Positions 26,801 through 38,070 of a stretch of DNA of 49,671 bases are shown here, in pieces (the stretch's first letter is position 1; every line of letters begins with the position of its first letter). Both the position numbers and the translations under genes were made by a program. The notes under the pieces were generated by a model. That model was not told where the DNA came from, searched no databases, and was given only the letters and a program-made list of their open reading frames with translations. The stretch lies in NCBI GenBank assembly GCA_001775095.1, contig MFCA01000028.1, forward strand, positions 17,746-67,416. Reading direction: 5' to 3'. Origin of the DNA: Candidatus Curtissbacteria bacterium RIFOXYA1_FULL_41_14 (GTDB lineage Bacteria; Patescibacteriota; Microgenomatia; Curtissbacterales; GWA2-41-24).

Positions 26801-29164
26801 ATGCCGATTGAGGAAGGATCACAAACAGCTGGCCAGATCGATGTACTTTCCGGTTTTCAACTAGTACTTCAGACGCTTGGATTTTTAGCCATAGCACTGG
26901 TGATTTTGGGTGTTTTGGCTTTTGTTGTTGGTTATATTTGGGTTATCTGGATGCGCAATAAAAATAGGGAAGAACGTTCACTTGAGTTTGTTTTACTTCA
27001 GGTTGCAGTACCCAGGGATAATGAAATAAAAATAGATGCCGCCGAGCAAATGTTTTCTTCTCTTTACTCTATTTATAAAAGTGGAACTCTTTCGTTTATT
27101 AAGCCTCAGGATCATCTCTCACTTGAGATTGTGGCTTTGCCTGAAGAAATTAAATTTTACATTTCCTGCCCCAAAAATTTACAGGATTTGGTTGAAAAAC
27201 AAATTCATGGTGCCTATCCTGGAGCTGATGTTAGAGAAGTTGAGGAATACAATATTTTTTCCGAGGAAGGCAAGCTTGCTTTTGCAGCTTTAAAACTCAA
27301 TAAAGCGAAATATTACCCGGTAAAAACTTATAAAGAATTAGGCACCGATCCTTTGAGTCAGATCACATCGGCAATGGCTAAAATGGAACCCGGAGAAGGT
27401 GCGGCTATTCAAATATTAGCGTCGCCTGCTGATGCCAGATGGCGGGCAGCCGGCAAGCGTTTTGTTACCAAGACGAAACAGGCAGAACTTTCGCCTAAGA
27501 CTGAAGAAAGGACCCCGCCTGATCCTAAAAAAATGGAGGCAGTTGAAAACAAGATTGCCAAAGTTGGTTTTAATGTGGTTGTTAGGATCGTTGTATCTGC
27601 TAAAACCGATGAAGATAGTAAGATTCATCTTGAAAACATTAAGTCGACCTTTGCTCAATTTGCCTCAGAATATAATGGATTTACCGGTGCCAATATTAGA
27701 TTTAAGAAACAATTTTTAGTTGACTTTGTCTATCGGTATTTACCACTTTTTGGCAACTTCGGTGTTTTAAATAGCGAGGAGCTGGCTACAATTTTTCACC
27801 TGCCTAATAAAAGCGTAGAGACTCCAGGGATTTTCTGGGTTAATGCCAAGCGGGCACCGGCTCCGGCTCAGATTCCTTCAACTGGACTTCATCTTGGCAA
27901 AAGCGTTTACCGGGGGACGACTAAGGAAGTTCATCTAAGTGAGGATGACCGCAGAAGACATGTCTACATAGTTGGAAAAACCGGAACCGGTAAGACCGAA
28001 CTTCTAAAGTATCTATTGATGCAGGATATCAAGGCAGGTCACGGTATTGCTTTTATTGATCCTCATGGTGATGCGGCCGAGGATATTCTAGCCCAAATTC
28101 CCCCTGACCGGGCGGAGGACGTTATTTACTTTAATCCCGCAGATACCGAGCGACCTCTGGGTATGAACATGTTAGAAGCCCAAACCGAGCAAGAAAAGCA
28201 TTTCGTAGCTACCTACATCGTCGGCTTAATGTACAAACTTTATGACCCTCACAAAACCGGAATTATCGGGCCACGATTTGAGCATGCAATCCGCAATGCA
28301 ATGCTGACGGTGATGTCAGAACCCGGCAATACTTTTGTCGAGGTGGTAAGGGTTCTTACCGATTCACGTTTTGTTCAGGAGCTTTTGCCAAAAGTTACTG
28401 ACCCGGTTGTTAGGCGCTACTGGACGGATCAAATTGCCCAAACAGCTGATTTTCATAAATCCGAGGTATTAGATTATATCGTTTCCAAATTCGGCCGGTT
28501 CGTAACTAACCGGATGATGAGAAATATAATTGGCCAGTCAAAAAGCGCTTTTAATCTTCGCGATATCATGGACAACAAAAAGATTTTGATCGTCAATCTT
28601 TCAAAAGGGAGAGTCGGCGAAGAAAATTCAAGCTTTTTAGGATTGGTTCTGGTTCCCAAAATTCTGGTTGCAGCAATGAGCCGGCAAGATGTTCCCGAGG
28701 AACAAAGGCCGGACTTTTTCCTGTATGTAGATGAGTTTCAAAACTTTGCGACAGAAACCTTTGCCGATATTTTGGCAGAGGCCAGAAAATTCAGACTGAA
28801 TTTGATTGTTGCTAATCAGTTCATTGGACAAATTGAAGAAGAAGTTAAAAATGCCGTTTTCGGCAACGTCGGAACACTAGTAAATTTCAGGGTGGGTGTG
28901 ACCGATGCTAATTACCTGCAGCACGAATTCACGCCGGTATTTAATGAGACCGATCTTATTAATATTGAGAGATTCCAGGCCTATGTCAAGACGATTGTTC
29001 GTAACGAACCGGTGCCGCCGTTTTCTTTGGATACGACCCGGGACTTGGCTAAAGTTGAGAGCGATCCTCGAATAGCCGAGATGATAAAGCAATTATCTAG
29101 GCTGAGATATGGCAGGGATGTAAACGTAGTCGACGCGGAGATTGTGCACCGGGCACGACTGTAA
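26801..29164 (+). CDS. membrane-anchored VirB4/TraD-like (T4SS coupling-type) ATPase
   Basis: N-terminal TM, DRRRHVYIVGKTGTGKT, IDPHGD, LYVDEFQNF, EARK, ANQ. Confidence 0.9.
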   Translation: MPIEEGSQTAGQIDVLSGFQLVLQTLGFLAIALVILGVLAFVVGYIWVIWMRNKNREERSLEFVLLQVAVPRDNEIKIDAAEQMFSSLYSIYKSGTLSFIKPQDHLSLEIVALPEEIKFYISCPKNLQDLVEKQIHGAYPGADVREVEEYNIFSEEGKLAFAALKLNKAKYYPVKTYKELGTDPLSQITSAMAKMEPGEGAAIQILASPADARWRAAGKRFVTKTKQAELSPKTEERTPPDPKKMEAVENKIAKVGFNVVVRIVVSAKTDEDSKIHLENIKSTFAQFASEYNGFTGANIRFKKQFLVDFVYRYLPLFGNFGVLNSEELATIFHLPNKSVETPGIFWVNAKRAPAPAQIPSTGLHLGKSVYRGTTKEVHLSEDDRRRHVYIVGKTGTGKTELLKYLLMQDIKAGHGIAFIDPHGDAAEDILAQIPPDRAEDVIYFNPADTERPLGMNMLEAQTEQEKHFVATYIVGLMYKLYDPHKTGIIGPRFEHAIRNAMLTVMSEPGNTFVEVVRVLTDSRFVQELLPKVTDPVVRRYWTDQIAQTADFHKSEVLDYIVSKFGRFVTNRMMRNIIGQSKSAFNLRDIMDNKKILIVNLSKGRVGEENSSFLGLVLVPKILVAAMSRQDVPEEQRPDFFLYVDEFQNFATETFADILAEARKFRLNLIVANQFIGQIEEEVKNAVFGNVGTLVNFRVGVTDANYLQHEFTPVFNETDLINIERFQAYVKTIVRNEPVPPFSLDTTRDLAKVESDPRIAEMIKQLSRLRYGRDVNVVDAEIVHRARL

Positions 29165-29197
29165 AATTCCCCAATTTGTGCTAAAATTTGAAAACTT

Positions 29198-29394
29198 GGA
29201 GCCGTAGCTCAACGGTAGAGCAGTACCCTTATATCTTGCTCATGGGCGCATAGCTCAATGGCAGAGCACCACTCTTATAAAGTGGCGGTTCTTGGTTCGA
29301 ATCCAAGTGCGCCCACAAGAACAAGATACATGAGCAAGATGTATTCTTGCGAATATAAGGTAAAGGTTTGATGGTTCGAATCCATCCGGCTCCA
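29198..29394 (+). tRNA. interrupted outer tRNA (Ile UAU if rejoined), ~124-nt insert in anticodon loop
   Basis: Acceptor GGAGCCG/CGGCTCC, D arm GCTC/GAGC, T arm GATGG-TTCGAAT-CCATC, TACC/GGTA stem, CTTATA..TATAA junctions. Confidence 0.7.
29244..29315 (+). tRNA. tRNA-Ile(UAU)
   Basis: Full cloverleaf GGGCGCA/TGCGCCC, CCACT-CT-TAT-AA-AGTGG, CTTGG-TTCGAAT-CCAAG; no encoded CCA. Confidence 0.93.
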
Positions 29395-29434
29395 CAAGTT
29401 CTCTGATGGAGCAATTCTGAATTAAAGTACTAAC

Positions 29435-29459
29435 GAAGGTTCGACTCCTTCCAGGCCCA
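29435..29459 (+). pseudogene. orphan tRNA 3' fragment
   Basis: GAAGG-TTCGACT-CCTTC-CAGGCCC-A. Confidence 0.7.
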
Positions 29460-29530
29460 CACTTACCCTTATATATCAGAGGAGCAACATTGAGACGAAG
29501 TCTCAAGTTGACCTGTTGATACAAAATGAA

Positions 29531-29560
29531 GTCCTTGGTCCGAATCCAAGTAGGCCCACC
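29531..29560 (+). pseudogene. orphan tRNA 3' fragment
   Basis: CTTGG-TCCGAAT-CCAAG-TAGGCCC-ACC. Confidence 0.7.
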
Positions 29561-29639
29561 TCACATTTCTCTCATATTTCAGAATCGTTACCTTTACATC
29601 CTTTTAGGAATTGTATAGACTTGTTTTATAGTTGGATTT

Positions 29640-29867
29640 ATGAGAATACTGGGCAATAGAGTCTTGTTTTTGACAGGAATTATTTGGGTAATCGGAGTTT
29701 TTATAATTGGTCTTGCCTTTGTGGCAAGTCATCCAGATTATTACAGGGAAGACGCCGTCCCCTCTGGAATACTGCTCTATAATATTTTTGCCTTTGCACT
29801 TTTCAGTATTCCGGGTTTTGTGCTTATTTACTTAGGGAAGTTGAAACCTAGAAGAGCTCCAAAATAA
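29640..29867 (+). CDS. small 2-TM protein
   Basis: 75 aa, two hydrophobic helices. Confidence 0.65.
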   Translation: MRILGNRVLFLTGIIWVIGVFIIGLAFVASHPDYYREDAVPSGILLYNIFAFALFSIPGFVLIYLGKLKPRRAPK

Positions 29868-29951
29868 ACCCATATCCGAAGTAAGATTAACCCATTTTTA
29901 TCCTCATTTTATTTCAGTTTCTTATCAAAATGCTAAAATGTATCTTTGGAT

Positions 29952-30791
29952 ATGAATTTTGGAATTGTTGTTGCTAAAGATAATCCTCCCGCAAAGAAAC
30001 TGGCTGGTGAGATTACAAAGTATGTTAAGTCAAAAGGTCATGAGGTACTGGATAAGGATAGACTAAAAGGATCGGATCTGTTTTTAACTCTTGGCGGTGA
30101 CGGAACACTTCTACACACGGCTTGCGAAAATATCCAGTTTCAAGTTCCTTTTGTCGGCATTAATCTCGGCAAGCTTGGGTTTTTAACGGCGACTGAAGCC
30201 AGTGATTGGAAAACTGCAATTGATAAACTAATTGACGGCAAGTATGTGGTTTCGGAAAGAATAACGCTGGATACGGAGATCGGTGCACACTCCCGGAGTG
30301 CGCTTGGTCGAAACTTTGCTCACTCCGGGAGTGAAGAAAAGGTCTTTCGTGCGTTAAATGAGGTTGTTGTTAAGGGATTGTATCGGGTGGTTGATTTACA
30401 GTTGAGTCTAAACGATCAGAAGTTTTTGAAAATTGTCGGAGATGGCGTAATTATTGCAACGCAGACCGGATCGACTGCATATTCTCTTTCGGCAGGAGGT
30501 CCAATTGTCGATCCGGATCTTGATTCTCTTCTAATAACACCAATAAATTCGACTGGTCTACCGATGCCCTCAGCAGTATTATCCAGTGAAAGTGTGGTTA
30601 ATATCGAGGTTTTAAGAGGAGATGATATTTCCTTAATTATTGACGGACAGGAGCATACGAAAATTAGTCAAAGTCAAAGTGTGAAGGTGAAAAGAGGGAA
30701 GCATAGGGTGAAGTTTGGTTACTTTGACGAGCACCACTTTTTAAAAGCCCTAAATGCGAAGTTTGGTCTTTCAGGAAGGTTTGATGGATAG
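29952..30791 (+). CDS. nadK: NAD kinase
   Basis: LGGDGTLL, GINLGKLGFL, ALNE, GDG...T.TGSTAYSLSAGGP. Confidence 0.94.
   Translation: MNFGIVVAKDNPPAKKLAGEITKYVKSKGHEVLDKDRLKGSDLFLTLGGDGTLLHTACENIQFQVPFVGINLGKLGFLTATEASDWKTAIDKLIDGKYVVSERITLDTEIGAHSRSALGRNFAHSGSEEKVFRALNEVVVKGLYRVVDLQLSLNDQKFLKIVGDGVIIATQTGSTAYSLSAGGPIVDPDLDSLLITPINSTGLPMPSAVLSSESVVNIEVLRGDDISLIIDGQEHTKISQSQSVKVKRGKHRVKFGYFDEHHFLKALNAKFGLSGRFDG
30288..30333 (+). repeat. palindromic element A in frame in nadK
   Basis: Encodes HSRSALGRNFAHSGS. Confidence 0.9.
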
Positions 30792-30800
30792 GAAGTTCCT

Positions 30801-31328
30801 CTAAAGTGATTTAAATTTATCACATATATTCTGTACTACCTTTTCAACTGAAGTATTCGTAGTATCAATGACTAGATCAAAAAACTTCGGATCGAGAAAA
30901 TTTTCATCGGCGTAAAGTTTACGGAATTTTAGATCGTGGGCGCGGTCGCGTCGTTTAACGTCTTCTCCTGTCTCTTTGTGCGTATGAGTGCGCTTTAAAG
31001 CTCTTTGAATTCGCACGCTTTCATCACAGGTCAATAATACTTTTAAGACATGAGGCATGTTACGGGTGAAGTAGCCGATATAAAGACTATCAATGATAAT
31101 TGGTTTATCGGACGCTGCTAAGCTAGTGAGTTCTTCGTCGATTTTTCTTTCAATATCATCCGGGACTTTTTCTTTTTCCGGCAGGGGAATATTGTGTTCG
31201 GACATGTATTTGCGGAAAAAATCCCCGGCCGATTTGTAGGGGATTTTAAGCTGCTCGCTGAGAACCTTGGCAGTGGTTGTAGAGCCGGAAGCAACCGGGC
31301 CGGAAATGGTGATGGAATGGTAGATCAT
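30801..31328 (-). CDS. cmk: cytidylate kinase-like (archaeal-type) nucleoside monophosphate kinase
   Basis: ITISGPVASGSTT, SAGDFFR, FDLVIDT. Confidence 0.82.
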   Translation of the reverse strand: MIYHSITISGPVASGSTTTAKVLSEQLKIPYKSAGDFFRKYMSEHNIPLPEKEKVPDDIERKIDEELTSLAASDKPIIIDSLYIGYFTRNMPHVLKVLLTCDESVRIQRALKRTHTHKETGEDVKRRDRAHDLKFRKLYADENFLDPKFFDLVIDTTNTSVEKVVQNICDKFKSL

Positions 31329-31360
31329 AAGTGATAAGTGATAAGTGATAAGTGATAAGT
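31327..31360. repeat. heptamer tandem repeat (ATAAGTG) x~5
   Basis: Direct reading. Confidence 0.95.
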
Positions 31361-31365
31361 TGAAG

Positions 31366-31776
31366 TCATAGTCGGCGGTGACGGCGTTTAATTTTAAGTT
31401 GCACCAGGGTTTTTTGAAGTTCGGCTGCTGCTGTTGCGTATTCCTCTTCGGAAAGTAGATGTTTTTGCTTTAAGGCTTCCTCCGCTTTTTTCTTGGCTTC
31501 TTCAATTTTCTTCTCCTCAATTTCTTCCTCGGGTGCAGCCAGATCAACTAAGACTTTAACGCTATCTTTAGTGATTTGAGCAAAACCGTAACCGCTGGCC
31601 ATAATTGTCTCTTTGTTGTGTTTTCTAAAAATCATTTCTCCGGGTTTAATTTGAGTAACCAGATCTGTGTGATGGGGAAGGACGGTAATTTGTCCAGTGG
31701 TTGTTGGCAGGGTAACCTGGTCGACTTCGTCGTCAAAAACAGATTTCTCAGGAGTTATTATCTGTAAATGTAACAT
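31366..31776 (-). CDS. atpC: ATP synthase epsilon
   Basis: LQIITPE, G.ITVLPHH; operon position. Confidence 0.93.
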   Translation of the reverse strand: MLHLQIITPEKSVFDDEVDQVTLPTTTGQITVLPHHTDLVTQIKPGEMIFRKHNKETIMASGYGFAQITKDSVKVLVDLAAPEEEIEEKKIEEAKKKAEEALKQKHLLSEEEYATAAAELQKTLVQLKIKRRHRRL

Positions 31777-31862
31777 GCGAATAAGATGCAAATTAAAATC
31801 ATGCGAATGTATGCGAATGAGCTAATAGCGTGTTTGGAGTTTGGAGTTTGGTCATTAGAATT

Positions 31863-33278
<1,416 letters not shown>

Positions 33279-33353
33279 TCAGTAATTGTTAAATTGTTAT
33301 ATTGTTACATTGCTATATTGACAACAACAATTTAGCAATCTAGCAATTAATTA

Positions 33354-34208
33354 TCATTCAAACGCTCTTTGCGCCGTAATGATATCTAAAAGTTCTTTAG
33401 TAATTGCTTCCTGTCTTGCTTGATTATAAGTTAAAGTCAGATCGTCAATTAGATCGCCGGCCGCGTCGGTTGCATTTTTCATGGCGACCATTCTAGCGCT
33501 GTGTTCAGAAGCTTTGGCTTCAAGAAGAATTTGGTAAATTTGGGTGAGGATGAAATGAGGCAGAATTGACTCTAAAATTCCGTCAGCAGAAGGCTCAAAG
33601 ATTAGGTCGTCATAATGGTAGGTTGGTTGGGCGGTGGGTTGGTCGATCGAATTGATCTGGATTGGTAAGAGCTGGATCCATTTGGGAGTTTGTTTAATGG
33701 TGGACTCAAAATGCGGGTATACAAGGCTAATTTTTGAAGCTTGGGACTGCCTATAAGCGTTAGTTGCCATTTTAGACAAAGTTCGGGCCAGATCCAGTGT
33801 TGATTTTTCTTCAGAGGTAAAACTGGCCAGGATCTCAAATCGGGATTTTGCGGCAAAATTAGTTGCTTTTTTGCCGACAGTAATAAACTTTGCATTTTTG
33901 ATTTCCTTTGCCAAGATTTCCCGAAAAAGATTGATATTAAGGCCTCCTGCCAAGCCCCGGTCAGAAGTTACCAGGATGATGATTTCGCCTGGTGCATTTT
34001 TAGCTTTGAGAAGTTCGTGCTTTCTTGCGGATTTTGCCTTCACCTCATCAATAATCTCCCCGAGATTGACAGAATAGGGCCTGCCAGCAAGAGCCGCCAT
34101 TTGGCTTTTTCTCATTTTGGCGCCAGCAACCAGCTCCATTGCATGAGTAACCTTTTTGGTGTTTTCAATCGATCTGATTCTTTTTTTAACCTCGCGAATT
34201 TGAGCCAT
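33354..34208 (-). CDS. atpG: ATP synthase gamma
   Basis: SDRGLAGGLN, ASEHSARMVAM, RQEAITKEL. Confidence 0.97.
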   Translation of the reverse strand: MAQIREVKKRIRSIENTKKVTHAMELVAGAKMRKSQMAALAGRPYSVNLGEIIDEVKAKSARKHELLKAKNAPGEIIILVTSDRGLAGGLNINLFREILAKEIKNAKFITVGKKATNFAAKSRFEILASFTSEEKSTLDLARTLSKMATNAYRQSQASKISLVYPHFESTIKQTPKWIQLLPIQINSIDQPTAQPTYHYDDLIFEPSADGILESILPHFILTQIYQILLEAKASEHSARMVAMKNATDAAGDLIDDLTLTYNQARQEAITKELLDIITAQRAFE

Positions 34209-34233
34209 TGGTTAGTATTTAGTTAATTAGCGT

Positions 34234-35886
34234 TTAGCGTCTAGATTTCTTTTTAGATTTGGATCGTGATTTAGATTTAGCTTTTCTTGCAACCACTGAG
34301 GACACTGATTGTTTTTTGATCACTGAAGTCACAGAAGATTTTGAGGGCACTGAAGAATGTACTTTCTGTGCTCTCTTTTCATTTTCTGTGCTTTCCGTGA
34401 TCGGTTTTGATCCGCTGATTGAGCCGAGCATTTTTGCAAGTTCCTTTTCGGCGAAGTCATCGATTTCGCCTTTATCCTCAAGATAATCTTTTAGTTTTTT
34501 GTTAGTCGCAAGGAGAGTCAAAATTTTTTCTTGGAAATTGGCAACTTCACTAACAGGTACGGAATCTGAGTAGCCATTGTTAACCGCCCAGAAAATAACA
34601 ACCTGAGAAACTACATCCATTGGAGTAAATTGAGGCTGTTTAAGAACTTCGACTATTCTTTTTCCGCGCTCGAGTCTAGATAGGGTTGCTTCGTCGAGGT
34701 CTGAGCCGAATTGTGCGAAGGTCGCCAGTTCACGGTATTGAGCAAGATCCAGCCGGAGACTTCCGGCAACCTGCTTCATCATTTTAAGTTGAGCTGCACC
34801 GCCAACCCGGGAAACCGAAAGTCCTGGATTAACGGCAGGCCTGATGCCTGCGTTGAAAAGCTCAGCCTCAAGATAAATTTGGCCGTCAGTTATTGAAATG
34901 ACATTTGTTGGAATATAGGCGGAAAGATCGCCCGCTTGAGTTTCGATAATGGGCAGGGCAGTTAAGGAACCGCCACCGAATTTATCGGCCATTTTAGCGG
35001 CTCTTTCAAGAAGTCTTGAGTGCAGATAAAAAATGTCTCCCGGATACGCTTCGCGTCCGGAGGGTCGCCTGAGTAGTAGGGAAACTTGTCGATAGGCCCA
35101 GGCATGTTTGGAAAGATCGTCGTAAATTACCAAAGCGTCTTTACCTTTGTCCATAAAATATTCTCCTATAGCACAACCGGCGTATGGGGCAACATACTGC
35201 ATGGTAGCAGAATCTGAAGCGGAAGCAGCGACAATGATTGTATGATCCATTGCCCTATGTTTTTCTAAAGTGGCGACAACCTGGGCGATTTTGCTGGTTT
35301 TCTGACCGATTGCCACATAGATACAAATTACATCTTTGCTCTTTTGATTAATAATCGTATCCAAACAGATTGCAGTTTTACCCAAACCCCGATCGCCAAT
35401 AATCAACTCTCTTTGGCCCCTGCCAATAGGAATCATTGAGTCAATAGCTTTAAGACCGGTTTGCAGGGGAGTATTGACCCGCTGGCGATAAATGACGCCG
35501 GGAGCGATTTTCTCTGCCGGGTAAAAGGTTTTTGTGGATACAGAACCTTTGCCGTCAAGAGGTTTGCCTAGAGGATCGACGACTCTGCCAATTAAATTTT
35601 CGCCAACAGGAACCTCTAAAATCCTGCCTGTTGTTTGGCAAACGTCTCCTTCTTTAAGACGCGCCCAGTCGCCGAAAATAATAACGCCGACATTATCTTC
35701 CTCGAGATTTAAGGCAAGGCCAAAAATATCATAAGGGAAAGAAACCAGCTCTGATGAGGAAACATCAGAAAGTCCGGAAACTCTAGCTACACCATCACCA
35801 ATTTCAATAATCCTGCCGACATTTTTGGCAGTAGAGGAGAGTCTCGCCTTATTTATCTGTTGTTCGATATCTTCAAGGATAGACAT
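34234..35886 (-). CDS. atpA: ATP synthase alpha, with repeat-derived C-terminal tail
   Basis: [24 protein letters not shown]. Confidence 0.98.
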   Translation of the reverse strand: MSILEDIEQQINKARLSSTAKNVGRIIEIGDGVARVSGLSDVSSSELVSFPYDIFGLALNLEEDNVGVIIFGDWARLKEGDVCQTTGRILEVPVGENLIGRVVDPLGKPLDGKGSVSTKTFYPAEKIAPGVIYRQRVNTPLQTGLKAIDSMIPIGRGQRELIIGDRGLGKTAICLDTIINQKSKDVICIYVAIGQKTSKIAQVVATLEKHRAMDHTIIVAASASDSATMQYVAPYAGCAIGEYFMDKGKDALVIYDDLSKHAWAYRQVSLLLRRPSGREAYPGDIFYLHSRLLERAAKMADKFGGGSLTALPIIETQAGDLSAYIPTNVISITDGQIYLEAELFNAGIRPAVNPGLSVSRVGGAAQLKMMKQVAGSLRLDLAQYRELATFAQFGSDLDEATLSRLERGKRIVEVLKQPQFTPMDVVSQVVIFWAVNNGYSDSVPVSEVANFQEKILTLLATNKKLKDYLEDKGEIDDFAEKELAKMLGSISGSKPITESTENEKRAQKVHSSVPSKSSVTSVIKKQSVSSVVARKAKSKSRSKSKKKSRR

Positions 35887-35889
35887 AAT

Positions 35890-36018
35890 AAAATTTCTAA
35901 TTTCTAATTTCTAAATCCTAAACAATTTCAAAATCCTAATTCTCAAAATTAGTTTCTTATTTTGAATTTTGATCATTTGTATTTGTTTAGAATTTAGATA
36001 TTAGTGTTTAGAGTTTAT
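35890..36018. repeat. AT-rich heptamer inverted-repeat tract
   Basis: Homologous to 6617-6768. Confidence 0.75.
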
Positions 36019-36045
36019 TTTACGTTAGTCTTTAGTCGTTAGTCT

Positions 36046-36426
36046 TTAAGCTTTAGTCAACTGATTTAGCTTTGCATCCAAAGTAGCATCATAAATCCAA
36101 TCGCCTGCGGTAATTTTGGCGCCAAAGACGATTTTAGGATTAATTTTAAAATTAATCCGCTTTACCCCTGTATTTTTGGTGAACTCTTGTTCTAACTGCT
36201 TCTGATTGGCTACTTTCTGGGCTGATTCTATTAGAATTTCTTCTTTCTTGAGCTTATTTTCGACCAGTCGCCTATAAACTTTTAGAATTTTTGTTAACCC
36301 TTGCGGTCTTTGAGAGATTACCTCTCTTAAGACAAAGCTAACTAATTTACTATTGACTAAACCGCCAGACAGGCTATTTTTCAACATAACTTTTGCAATC
36401 TGTATCTGTTTTTTCTTTGCGATCAT
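36046..36426 (-). CDS. atpH: ATP synthase delta (short form)
   Basis: INPKIVFGAKITAGDWIYDATL; operon position. Confidence 0.85.
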   Translation of the reverse strand: MIAKKKQIQIAKVMLKNSLSGGLVNSKLVSFVLREVISQRPQGLTKILKVYRRLVENKLKKEEILIESAQKVANQKQLEQEFTKNTGVKRINFKINPKIVFGAKITAGDWIYDATLDAKLNQLTKA

Positions 36427-36929
36427 GAAATTTGTTTCTCAATTTCCGAAACGGCTTTTGTAGTTAAATCCTGCCGCTCTTTGGGTTTTAAGGTTCTTTC
36501 CAGAACTTTCCTGACTACTTCAACAACCAGATTTAGAGTTTCTTTTTCAAGCTGTTTTTGCATTTGTTTTCTCTGGGCTTCAATTTGTACTTGGCTTTGG
36601 GTCAAAATTTCTTCAAGCTGCTTGCGAGCTTCAAGGGTTGCTTGAGAGATAATTTTCTCTGATTCACCCTTGGCACTGGCGATTAAAGCCTGGCTATTCT
36701 TCTGAGCTTCTGCCAGAATTTGAACCGACTGCTCCTGAGTCTTTTTGAGTTTTTCTTCAATAAGATCAGCGTTTTTAAGACTTTCTTCGATTCTTTTCTT
36801 TCGCTGCTCTAAAAGTTTGACTATTGGTTTATAAAAGAACTTTTGTAAAAGGTAAAGAATTATCAGAAAGTTGACAATCTGAGCCAAAAGTAAAACTGGT
36901 TGAATACCGAAATTGCGTATGATTTCCAT
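36423..36929 (-). CDS. atpF: ATP synthase b
   Basis: AQIVNFLI..LL..F.YKPI...LEQR, coiled coil. Confidence 0.94.
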   Translation of the reverse strand: MEIIRNFGIQPVLLLAQIVNFLIILYLLQKFFYKPIVKLLEQRKKRIEESLKNADLIEEKLKKTQEQSVQILAEAQKNSQALIASAKGESEKIISQATLEARKQLEEILTQSQVQIEAQRKQMQKQLEKETLNLVVEVVRKVLERTLKPKERQDLTTKAVSEIEKQIS

Positions 36930-37014
36930 AATTTTTATTGCCAAACGCTAAAAGCTGAACGCTTAACGCATGATTAGAAGCGTTGAGCGTTTGTTGTTTT
37001 GCGTTCAGCGTTAT

Positions 37015-37245
<231 letters not shown>

Positions 37246-37250
37246 TTAAG

Positions 37251-37982
37251 TCAATGCGACTTTTGCGTTAATATTACCATAAAAACCAGGGTCAACATTG
37301 CGAAAATTAAAGCCTGGACAAAACCGACGAGCATTTCCAGAAAATAAAAGGGTATTGGGATGATAAAGGCGAAAAGGCGGGTGGAGGCAGTAGTTAAAAG
37401 AACTTCGCCGGCAAAGATATTGCCAAAAAGCCGAAAGGAAAGGGAAAGTATTTTAGTGGCTTCGCCGATTATTTCTAAGAATCCAACGAACAGGAAAATT
37501 GGGTTTAAGCTCAAGAACTTACCCAAATAACCGCCAAGCCCCAGATATTTTACTGATAGAAAATGGGTGGCAATAAGGGAAACTAGGGCAAGGGCGACTG
37601 TGGTATTTAAATCAGAGTTTATTGATCGAAACAGAGGGACAAATGTTTCTCCGTCATTCTCAAAAAACCCCACGGTACCGATTCCCGGCAAAAGGCCAAG
37701 ATAATTTCCGAATAAAATGAAAAAGAAAAAAGAGCCGACGATTGGTAGAAAAACTTTGGTTTTATCGCCAGCGATGGTGCTAACCAAATCCTGAAATGTC
37801 TCAACGGCGACTTCGGCAATATTCTGAAGTCCTTGGGGAACGGCAGAGATTTTTCTGGTCGCCATATATGCAAAGATTATTAATATAAAGGTAACTATCC
37901 AAGTCGTGAAGATGGTATTAGTAATTGGTATGGGGCCGATTGAGAATATTTTTTCGGCAGCCAAAGCAACGTGCGATTCCAT
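37251..37982 (-). CDS. atpB: ATP synthase a
   Basis: SLSFRLFGNIFAGE, VQALIF. Confidence 0.97.
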   Translation of the reverse strand: MESHVALAAEKIFSIGPIPITNTIFTTWIVTFILIIFAYMATRKISAVPQGLQNIAEVAVETFQDLVSTIAGDKTKVFLPIVGSFFFFILFGNYLGLLPGIGTVGFFENDGETFVPLFRSINSDLNTTVALALVSLIATHFLSVKYLGLGGYLGKFLSLNPIFLFVGFLEIIGEATKILSLSFRLFGNIFAGEVLLTTASTRLFAFIIPIPFYFLEMLVGFVQALIFAMLTLVFMVILTQKSH

Positions 37983-38070
37983 TGGTTTAATTTGATTATA
38001 TAACGGTCTTACTTACTTGACATGGAAACTTCTCGACTTTGCTCGAAGAATAACAAAGGTTAGGCAACAT

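Noticed and set aside
26801-29164. Conjugative element
   Set aside because: No relaxase or other T4SS genes nearby; stand-alone ATPases of this type are common chromosomal genes in CPR
29234-29353. Group I or II intron in the outer tRNA
   Set aside because: Only about 50 nt remain besides the inner tRNA; no catalytic core elements visible
29229-29524. Minus-strand ORFs of 61 and 89 aa
   Set aside because: Antisense shadows of tRNA sequences; likewise 44606-44930
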